Shown here: positions 53,601 through 64,000 of the stretch, in pieces | Position numbering within the stretch: the first letter of the stretch is position 1 | Layout: every line of letters starts with the position of its first letter | Assembly (NCBI GenBank): GCA_043228905.1 | Contig: JBHGNT010000014.1 | Coordinates: forward strand, 14,880,001 to 14,944,000 | Direction of reading: 5' to 3' | Length of the DNA: 64,000 nucleotides | Source of the DNA: Azolla caroliniana | Taxonomy: Eukaryota > Plantae > Polypodiophyta | Notes under the pieces: model-generated | The model's input: the letters and a program-made list of their open reading frames with translations, nothing else | Databases searched by the model: none | What the model was told of the DNA's origin: nothing | Program-made: the position numbers and the translations under genes

Positions 53601-56600
53601 CAGCACAGAAATTCTCACTTGTGTTCAATTTTGTTTTGCTGCACTTTGACTCCTGCACTCCATTTCTCAAGTGCATGTGATCCAATGTAGTGGTGCCATC
53701 ACAGAATAGCTTCATCTTTACTGATCTTCTGTCCTCTGAATAAGATTTAAATTCTCCTTTTTGTTTCAAGAATCTTGCTTGCCCCTTGCATGCCCATCGA
53801 AGGAATAAAGTGACCAATGCCTTATCATTCACTGGTGCTGCAACATATTGCATAAGAAAAAGTTAGTCATCGTGCTCTTCAAATGAATGAATGACAAGAA
53901 GGAACAGAAAATCCACTTGCCTGCTTGTTGTATGGAATAAAGAACATATTTTGCTTCATCCTCATTGAGAAAAGAGGTAAACCATGGCAATACTTTTTCT
54001 AGCACCTTTAAGGGCATCATTTGAAGGCTCTGATAAAGTAAAATCTGTTGTTCGTGGAAGCTACAGTGTTGCCGAGCAAGAGGAAGGACCTGGAAATCAC
54101 CATTTTCTAGATTTTTAGTTTGTGAAACCAAGAAAACAATAACCAAAGTTCGAAATGATCAATCTTACCACGGTTTCTTCCTCTGAAAAGTGCTTCTGAA
54201 CACTTTCAACAATATCATCTGCTAGATCAACCAGTTTACTAACAACTTCAGTCATACAACCATCTTCACTTGTTTCAAAACCATTCAATAAACTTTGGAA
54301 AGTACTAAATTGCAGTTCCTCTTCCTGATGCTCAGAAGCATATGAAACAGTTTGATTCGCTCTTTTAGAAACTCCAGGAAATACAATATTATCCTCAGCA
54401 GCACTGCCAGAGCCATATTTTCATATAACAATCAGTGAATTCAATCTCTATTTGTAAAATATCGAAATTTCCATCAAAAGAAATTATGAAAAAGAAGGGA
54501 AGCTTGATTGAAACAAGCATGCATCATGACAAAAAATATTACTATCATAGAGGCAGACAACAGTGGCATGCAATGCTGTCTTGAACAAAGCAAACTGAAA
54601 TGCATAGCAAGTAAAAATAGCCTCTTCTCAATCATTTTTGTAATCTGAAGCTTTACATAAAATACTATATAAAAGGAAAAACTCAATTTCTTGAGTCTGA
54701 ATGCTTGTGCTCACATCACATTCATAGGAGATCAAATATTCCAAACATAGGAGATCAAACATATATTGTATATAAGCTAGAAAAGTTGCTTTAATCATTA
54801 AATATGCTGGCCAAAGTTGGCCATGGAAATAGACACTTGTATTGATTGCTTTGGAAATTTTAGTTCCATTTTGGCAATTAGTCTTCAGACATATCGAGAC
54901 GCATAAAATGGACAAACACAATTAGAAATCAAGGGAATTCAATGAGAAAACAACGAATTCATTCAAGTGCAAAATTGTAATGCCACTTGCAGCCATATAA
55001 AGCATGTTTCTATCACAGTCACAAAACTGTGTTAACAGGAATAAATTCAGAATAATAAACAACAAAGTAATCATTCAGAAATTGACAAATTCTGTAATTC
55101 TAGTGCATGGAAAGGTGCAAACCTATGGAAAGCACAGATTTCAGTAATAAATTGCAGTTTATCACGTATGTTAGATATATCTGCTGAGAAATCACATACT
55201 GAAAGCCGAAGCTTTCTAGTAGCTTCAGCAAAGTCCCTCAGCTCTTTTCGAATTGCATTGTGCCAAAGCAGCAAATCATTGATTGGATATTTATCCAGCC
55301 TGCCATGGCTGCAGTCAAGCACCTCTTGCATGTCATTAGCAGACCTCTTGCTTCCCCTTCTGTGTGTGTTAGCATCTCTCTCATTCATGCTTGCTGAAGC
55401 CATTAGAGGTGGATTATGAATAGTTTTCATATTTTCTGCACTCCCATATTTTTTCCATATTGATGTAGAGCCAGTTTTTAGCCATGAGAGAATAACCTAC
55501 AATAAACCACTTACACAAATGAGGCTTTCAATTTAGAACATATTTACATTTATTTAATGTGGATTCTTAACACAAAGCCAAAATTGCTGACCTGTTGAAG
55601 GGCATCTTCATTGGGGACAATAGAATACATACAAAGAACCATTTGCTCATGTTCTGCCACAGAAAGTGAAGCAGAAATCCAAGGAAGGAATTTCTCCATA
55701 AAATTCAAAGGGATACTGCACAAAAATTGCCAAACTAGTGCCGCTTGCTCATCAAATGAGAAACGTTTTTTAAAGAGAGGGATTACCTGCACAGAAAAAT
55801 GATATTCTTTGCTTTTTGAGGATAAAAAGCTCTCTCACTGTGAAAACATGCAACAGACGTCTCTCTGTCTATGTCCCACTATATTCTCAGACCATTAGAA
55901 CTTTAAAATTAGCTTATTCTACAAGGCTTCTTCAAAAACCAGGTTCAAATATGTATCATTAACTTATAAATCCTTTGCACTCATTCCAGCTCTTTACCCA
56001 TCTTGTTTGGCTCCAGTAGAGGTAAGATAATCTCATTCTTTGTATTCCTTGGTTTTCACCTACCTATTATCTACCTCATTACAATTTTGGGACACGTTCT
56101 TATGATGAGAAAGTGACAACTCTTGCTGTTATTGTGCAGAAAAGCACTCACTAGTTGCCCATGGTCATTTGATTGTGGGACAATCATCAACTTCTTTCAG
56201 CATATTTGGCAGAAACTTTAAAGAGAGCCTCCAGAAACTTCACTTCTTAGTCATGGTACTTTGCAGCCATTCATGAAGGCTTGATTTGACCCAAGGTTAA
56301 TCATAATTAGTTACCACAAGCAACCTAAAGGGTATCTCATATGACACACTTCCCTTTGCCTGGGTATATCGTGATACTTTGCAGCCATTCATGGAAGGCT
56401 TTATTTGAAGCATGGCTAATCACACTTAGTCCATGATACTAGCAACATAGGGACATCTTTGTACTAGAGGATACTTCCCTGCCCTGGGAATTGGATCCCC
56501 TTTCTAAAACTTAGCCTTCCATCCCACCCCCAACGGTGCATCATAACATGCCCCCCCTTGTGAGAGGGATGGACATTTACCAGGACAGGATTTCCCATCA

Positions 56601-58791
56601 TACGTTCGTCCCCTCTGTCATCTGTGGCAACAGTCTATGTGTACTATTCTATGTTGATGCAAGAACGGAGACTCCATGCTCATCCATCTATATCCCGACA
56701 CCACCATGCAGACAGGTACTTTAAACCCCTCCTTGATGGAGATCCTACCATAACCTTTTAAGATTGGAACCTGATGTTTTGGGTTCAAGAGTATCATCCT
56801 ATCCAATTAGGCTACAATCTTGCCTTGCCTTTCAACCTGACCTACTTGCAGGTTGAGCTTAGAGATCTCCCATTCAGTTGTGATCTACAGTTGTACAGAT
56901 TCTCCCCTTGAGGATGCTTAGCCCTATGATGCAAAAGGAATGTAATTATGCATATTCAAGTAATTTTAATCAGTTCCCATTCTCCAAATATGCTAGGATT
57001 AAGGTTTTCTTTCCTGATTGTAATGACTAATTTACCATCCAACGTTTCCCTAGAAGCATTGGTGATTCACTCAACGAAATCAAGCGCAGCATCACTGACA
57101 CCAACATATAACAAATCCATTACAATTCACTCCCACATGATACATCCAAGCCCCATTATAGCGAAGAAACAGCCAATTTTCTGTCTCCAATTGGGTGGTT
57201 CACTTGACAAAAATTAAATGGCGAGCCACAGATATTTGACAATTTGTTACAAAGCAATATGACATCTACATCTCACTACAGTAAAGAAACAGCCATTGTT
57301 AGGTCTTCGATCAAGCAATTCACTTGAAAAACCTGGAATCGAGTATCACTCCTTGAAACAATCCATTACGATCCAATGTCACATCTAAGCATCACTGTCA
57401 ACTAGAGTAAAGAAACAGTCCCTTCTTGGTCCCCCATTTACAAGAAACATTTAATCTATTTTAACATCCCAAGAATACAAACATTTTTTTACAAAGATTA
57501 ATACTCTCTCTAATGTGTGAAAGCATGGTCTTACCACGTCCTCTTCTTTGGACATTTGTTGACAAAGGGCTGTTTGGATGGCTTCAGTGCAACAGATGAT
57601 ATCTTGCTGCTCTTTCACTGAGAAGCCCTTCTTGTTCTTCAAGACACTGCCTATTAATTCCATCAGCTCATCAAACAATCGCCCCTCCACTTTAAGCTCC
57701 AATAAATTTGTTTGAGACACATTCTTATCAAGAGCATGAAAGATAACCTACAAGTTCAGTGTTCCAACAGTATGGTGAATTCTTTTACAATACAAAACAC
57801 TAATTATAATTACGACTATCTGGGTGGAATTCTAATTATTAAGAGCACATTTGACAAAAATCTAGACAGGCGGGAGGAAATGAGCTATTTCACAAACACG
57901 GCAACTTTGCTAACTCCATTGCACTATATGCAGCCACTAAACGGAGACCTTAATAAAGAATTAGACATAGTTCGTTGTGACAAGTTCTTCTACTTGTCAT
58001 GATACAGGAATTTTGTTAGTTTCCCTTAAATAAAAACAATATCTACATATCACCTATATAGAGAATACAAAAAACCTAATCCAAATATTAAAAGTACAGA
58101 ATCCTAATCCACAGACATGGAAATACAAAACAATAATCCACATACTTGCAAATACAATACAAAACTCTAATCCAACATACTTGACAACAAAAAACTTACG
58201 CCCCAACCTTGGGAGTTTGAAGCCTTAAACGCCATACTGGGAAATACAAAGTCTAATTCACATACTCAGAAAACTGATCCACATGCTTGGAAATATAAAA
58301 CCATAAACATATACTCGGAATCTAATACACGTACTCGCAGGAACAAAGGATCCATGTACTTGGTACCACATACCTAAAACACAATCTCTTAATCCGCATA
58401 TTTGGAACAATAATTCCACAGACTTAAAGCCACAAAACCCTAATTTAGCCTAATTGGAAATACAAAAAACTAATTCCAAACATATGGAAGTACCACTTAC
58501 TTCTTCTTTGGCGAACAATAATTCCACAGACTTAAAGCCACAAAACCCTAATTTAGCCTAATTGGAAATACAAAAACACATGGAAGTACCACTTACTTCT
58601 TCTTTGGCAATAGAATGCCGGGCATATACGAGCTGCAAGAATCGAACTCGGGTAGATAAGGCTTGAAAATCTTGTTTGGACGCATCCAACAGGAGGTGTT
58701 GCAGCTCTGCTCTGGTGGCCTTGTGAAAGAACAGAAGTTCTAGAATGGGGGGATCTGATGACACATCTGAGGGCAATGGGGAGCTTGCCAT
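50669..58791 (-). CDS. BTS: BRUTUS/HRZ-type hemerythrin, CHY/CTCHY, RING, zinc-ribbon E3 ubiquitin ligase, 13 exons: 58597-58791, 57535-57747, 55592-55786, 55123-55496, 54169-54403, 53921-54088, 52298-53837, 51973-52191, 51765-51905, 51188-51422, 51047-51106, 50888-50959, 50669-50770
   Basis: Three hemerythrin-like repeats (FFHKA, WHNAIRKEL..FHSAAED, FHKAIRRDL..HSNAEDE); FKPGWQDIFRMNQ; CHY GCEHYERNC..CRLCHD; RING CPICHDFLF..CGHYMH..CPIC; DILCKDC..FHWLYHKCERCGSYNT. Exons join in phase. Confidence 0.96.
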
Positions 58792-58792
58792 G

Positions 58793-59110
58793 CTATAGGA
58801 TCTGAAGGCTCTCTACTTCATAATGCAGAAAATGTGCAAGGAGGAGGGAAGGAGACCCACCAATTTGCAACCGCCTCGCCGCAGATTGCAGCATCCGGGA
58901 ACCATCACCGCAATGCGAGGATTGAGCAGAAAGGCTCATCATGTGGATTAAAGGAGAAGAGATGGATTGGGTGCAGGGGCAGAGAGACAGAGACAAATTT
59001 ATGGGTTGCAAAAGGATTCGACTGTACACGTACAGGAATGGGGGGTCCATCGGCATACGTATTCGTATTCGTATTCGTATGCGTGATGGTGCAGCGCGTG
59101 GCATCCACAT
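58793..59110 (-). other. Candidate upstream ORF (105 aa) ending 1 nt before the BTS ATG
   Basis: Minus strand reads ...CTA TAG C ATG GCA; translation unproven. Confidence 0.3.
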
Positions 59111-59144
59111 GCTTTCCTCTGCCCGCCATATGCTCTGTTCTGTC

Positions 59145-59210
59145 CCTTCTCTCTGTTCTCTCTCTCTCTCTCTACTCTCTCTCTACTCTCTCTCTCTCTC
59201 TCTACTCTCT

Positions 59211-59250
<40 letters not shown>
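59145..59250. repeat. (CT)n/(GA)n microsatellite upstream of BTS
   Basis: Directly visible. Confidence 0.95.
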
Positions 59251-59253
<3 letters not shown>

Positions 59254-61257
59254 TCTCTTATTATTGTTTGAAAAAGAAAAGCCTATACATTATTATTAAT
59301 CTTCTCATGGAGAAGAAGAAGAAAGAAGAAGAAGAAGAAGAAGCAAATGGAAACAAGAACTAAAAGAAATTTGGTTGTGGACCGTGGTTATACTTTTGCT
59401 TTCTCGAATGAATGGACCACACCAATCCATCCTCGCTCTCGCCCCCTCCTCCTCCGCACTAGCTTTTCGTACGGACACCCCGCTTGCCCGCCCAATTGCC
59501 TTGTCTGTACAAACAACACCTGACCCACCACCAGAGAGAGAGAGAGAGAGCAGATTGGCCCCGCCACTCCTCATCACCCGACACTCCTTTTTCACTTGAT
59601 TCCCGTCGAGCCTTTTTCGTTACGATCTACTGCGTTATATAAGAAGATGAATGATTAATTGATTGACTTGCTGACCGATCGAATGAAAAAATATGCATGC
59701 ATGTTTTCCCGACTACGCAACATCTTCTTCCTCTCTTGTGACACACACATGTTTAAGAGGGTAGACAGTTTCGTTGTAGCATCCTTAGGTTTGTATGGTT
59801 CCTTCAATTTTGCCCATTTTGAAGTTGCCCCTAACTCCCTCCCTTGTAATGTCGTCAGTGGCGTTGATTCACCACCCCACCATGCGCGTCATGCTGCCTC
59901 TTGTTTTTTTAACTCTTCAATCCATAATATCCTGTCTCTCCCATTCTTGTTTGTTTTATGTTCCTGTCTCGTTGTATAACGTTAGAAGTTGATGCTCGCT
60001 CGATTCCTTTTTAGTTTTCTCCTTAACACTGACTCCATCTTGAATATGTAAGTAATCAAACACATCATAACATATATTTTTATATTTGATTCAATAGACT
60101 TATCCCTAACATTGTAATCTTACCCCAAGTGGTAGTCATAAAAGCTTCCACGAGTAGCAAATAGGAGAGGTGTACTACTAATTTTCTACACCATTGCCCA
60201 ATACCCACCATTCTTATGCGTGGGGAGGGGACACCGACTTTGAACAAGCCCTTACTTATGCTGACTAGTTATTTTTTTCCCTTTAAATCCCGAACCTTTT
60301 TGTAACTTGATTAGTCAATTCTTATTGAGGGAAAACTTTGTGTACACCATTAGGTTACATTAATGTGAAAGTTGTTATGCACAAGGGATGTATCATGTCT
60401 TCATGAGGTGGTTGACTCTCAAGAATGAAACTCAAAGGCCTAAAAGTTTAGACACCAATGATAGTGGAGATAAGATGGTTCCATCAATATTGAGGTTTAG
60501 GGAAAGAGAGAATAACTTTTAATGTATAAGGACCCACATGATGTATCATTCGTGTTTGTGAGGTGATTGACCCTCCTTGCAAACCTTGAGAGTGCAACAC
60601 GAAATTAGCCTTGCGAACTCACAATGATGGAGATATAATGTCCCCATCAATCCTAAGGCTGCTACGCGCACATAACTATTTTGTATCTCACCTATACAAA
60701 AGACGGAACATGTCAATTATTTACTATTGACATCCCAACCAAAGTATCCAATATATAGCATACCTCCATGCATGTCTACAATGTGCATGATACATATATG
60801 CATGGGAACATCTTACTCACATATAGGGCCTCGTGGACCACTTACCCAAACACATGCTCAAGAGCTAACATTGGTCCACTCCATTTGTATGGTGGTATCA
60901 TATGTGTATACTCAAACAAATTGCATCTTCATATGAGTGGTTAAATATTGTTAATTAATTACCTTTCACAATGCACATTGTATCTGGACAATGCTCACTT
61001 AAACCTCCCATATTGCCTTTTTAACTATATGGTGCATGGATGATTGTTATGATCCAAGAATGTAGGCTCATAAATACGTCAGTTTATGGGGGATCAATTC
61101 ATGGGTTTTTAAGACGCTGGATATCAATGATTAGGATAACCTACTTAATAGGTCAATCATACAAAGCTTTGCTAGTTGTATTATGAGACAAAAAATGGAG
61201 TGGAAAGAAACCATCATATGATATTTTATGAGTGTTGGGTCGAGGCTTTCATACGTG

Positions 61258-61672
61258 TCTCACAAAGAGGCTCATGGAAACCTAGAAGACAATGTTTAGA
61301 AAATATATCTAAATTGGCTATGACTAGAAATGCGAACTTGACGAAATTCGCCAGATATTATTTGTACCCCTTCCAATGTCACCACCTTTTGTCACGAAAA
61401 TGTGCACGTATATCATTGCATCGAAACATATCATATTGCATAGACACCATTGTGTGCTTGTGATTCTCAAAAAGAGGCTCATGGAAACCTAGAAGACAAT
61501 GTTTAGAAAATATATGTAAATTGGCTATAACTAGAAATGAAAACTTGACGAAATTTGCCAACTATTATTTGTACCCCCAATGTCACCACCTTTTGTCACG
61601 AAAATGTACATGTATTTCATTGATTGAAACATATCATATTGCATAGAGACCATTGTGTGCTTGTGATTCTCA
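61258..61672. repeat. ~210 bp tandem duplication
   Basis: AAAGAGGCTCATGGAAACCTAGAAGACAATG...ACCATTGTGTGCTTGTGATTCTCA occurs twice. Confidence 0.93.
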
Positions 61673-62864
61673 TGGAGGAGATATAAGAAGGTATATTATC
61701 CTTGTTAAGAATTTGTTCTCAAACTGGATTAAATCATATGAATAAATTATGTCGAGCTTCGTGTTATGAGGAGCCATGTTGCAACATGAGGAAAAAGGCA
61801 AGTGGGAGAATGTTATGGCTGCACTTAAAAATTAAAAATTAAAAAGGTTTGTCACATCTTATTTCACAACCATTAAATGCACTTTATGAACTTTGTAATT
61901 TCGAAGAATTATGCCTCCATATCTTGATGTTATAAACATTGGCATAGGCTTGGGAAATATAGTCGTAGTCATTCTCAAAATGAAGAAATTAGTAGAAAAC
62001 AAAACGCAAATAAATTACACAAGAATTTAGAGTAGCTCTAGATTCAAAGCACAAAGGGACTTTCTAGAGCACAACTACTACAATATGGGTTACAATATCC
62101 ACAAGTTGAAGTTATAGCCATCATCAACTTTTTCTCAATCAATTTAATGAATTTAACCACTTAATGACGTTTGAATATCGATAATGTGCTTCTAAAGAAA
62201 ACATAGTTCCCAATTACAAAACCACAACATAGAAAATTTCAAAGTTTTTAGTCAAGTCTACCTTCAAATATAGCAAATATAATTATTGATGAATCATTAA
62301 TTGTATGATCTTTATGTTTGCTCACTCATTGGTATAGGGCAACACGACTTCTCTCTGTCTGTCTGTTTGTCTCTCTTTTCGTAAATAATGGCTTTCATTA
62401 TGAAAGAAAAAAACACCACCATCACTAACTTACTACAAAGTATAGAACCCTTCTATCTAGGGATCTAAAGAATACTACGACGCCAAACTCAATGCCACCC
62501 TACACACCAATTCAAATGGCGAGTATGATGATATGTGACCTTGTAGAGTTCTCTCTTCTCTCTCTCTCTCTCACACACACACATACTATTTCATTTCAAA
62601 TACTGTATTTTCGTCCATCTCCACCACCCAACATTATGCCAAAATGATTTTGTTTACACATCTATAAAATATATTGTATCGAGTATACAAAATAACCATA
62701 ATGAGTGGTCAACATTGCCAAAGATGGTCAAATTCCGCCTTCCAAACAAACATTTATACATTTTCATCTCCATGATCCTCAATTGCCATGCCTACGCTAA
62801 CAACTTGTGAGACAATGAATGTGATGTCATTCCTTTTAGGTGACAAGGTGAGAAGATGATAAGG

Positions 62865-62904
<40 letters not shown>

Positions 62905-63239
62905 GCATGCATGCATGTATGCACAAGATATATACTAGAGATAGTGACAAAACACATGTAATTCAAGCTTTTGTACATCAATGTAGCCAAATATTGGAAA
63001 ATATCACCAACATCAAAGTTGGTGAAGTTTCTCTTTCATGATTGGGAATAATCTTGGAAGCTTGTAAACATTGTTACAAAACTTTTTATAAATAAAAAGA
63101 GTAAAGGAGGTACGTATATGGAGAGGGAACACATCCTGCACGTAGGAGCTCACATGATGCCTCACTCTGCCACAGGTGATGCTTCACTCCTCCACACGCT
63201 CATTCCTTTTTGGTCATAATCAAGAATAAAGAAATACAC

Positions 63240-64000
63240 AAATAAACCAACCCTCTTTGGTTCCCATCATGAAAAATAACATTTTAACGCACTTTATTCA
63301 AACAAAATGATGACAATCTGATTTGTAACTCCAAAACATCATCATAAACACATTAAAATACACAAAATATCATCATCATAATAATAATAAGTACAACACA
63401 TCTCAATACATATATGGTATATGGATTCACTCGTAGCTTTGGCATTTTGAGAAATTGTTTCTTCATTCATCAACCAAAATTCCTTTCCATGCATTCCATA
63501 ATGAGGATTTTACGAAAAAATACACCAATTTAAACATTTATATTTTTTTGGAAATTTATATATAAAAGTTGATCTATTTGTATATAGATATTTCTGGCCC
63601 ATTCATTCGAAACTCTTAATGAATGAGGAAAACTTATTTCTCCCGAATGCTACGTAGGTCCAAATGAGATGTTTGAAATGGTGCATTCATGAATGGAAAT
63701 ATTGTCAATGTGGCATAAAGTGGTTGTATTGAGCAACGTTGGGCCAAACACATTCTCGAGCCATAAAATGATTTGCTAGATGAAATGGGGTACAAGTGAT
63801 TTCTCATCATGATTTGATACGGAATGTGCACTTACTTTTTCGGCCCTACAAAATGTTGCAAGGTAAACAACAAAGTTTGAAATTTTGCCACACAAGGCTT
63901 GATCGTAACCTTGGCCTTATCCATTATGGGGTTTGGAATTTTCTAGTTGGCTACTTGATCAACATACCTTTGTTCTAATTGTCCACGCTGAAGATGTGGT
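63240..64000 (+). mobile_element. Dispersed repeat, second copy of 16061-16790, running off the window
   Basis: Colinear with the reverse complement of 16061-16790. Confidence 0.8.

Noticed and set aside
6678-58791. The five host genes as a functional cluster
   Set aside because: Cell cycle, receptor kinase, organellar translation, mRNA export and iron sensing share no pathway; an ordinary gene neighbourhood.
59300-63200. IRON MAN/FEP-like peptide gene near BRUTUS
   Set aside because: No listed ORF ends in the Asp-rich ...APAA motif, and I saw none by eye; very short ORFs were not exhaustively checked.

Overview
Eukaryotic land-plant genomic DNA (AT-rich, spliceosomal introns, microsatellites). 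A seed-free plant such as a fern is an impression from protein divergence and TE types, not established. Five intact host genes were assembled by hand from splice sites: B-type cyclin (+, 6678-10267, with MSA promoter elements), intronless L-type lectin receptor kinase (-, 11451-13610), organellar methionyl-tRNA formyltransferase (-, 18877-26762), ALY/THO4 mRNA export adaptor (+, 30807-34130) and a BRUTUS/HRZ-type hemerythrin RING E3 ligase (-, 50669-58791). Between ALY and BRUTUS is a ~13.6 kb transposon nest: a Ty3/gypsy element (LTRs 36114-36297 and 49507-49763, tRNA-Ala-like PBS) enclosing a copia, a LINE, a solo LTR, hAT MITEs and two copies of an unusual DNA transposon. That transposon has CACTAC-like termini but a DUF7869/Sola-like transposase, and one copy carries a 1.1 kb palindrome containing transposase sequence, reminiscent of Mu killer. 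Other points of note are the loss of iron ligands in hemerythrin domain 1 of BRUTUS, an upstream ORF ending 1 nt before its ATG, and two GC-AG introns. Most short ORFs in the track are spurious.
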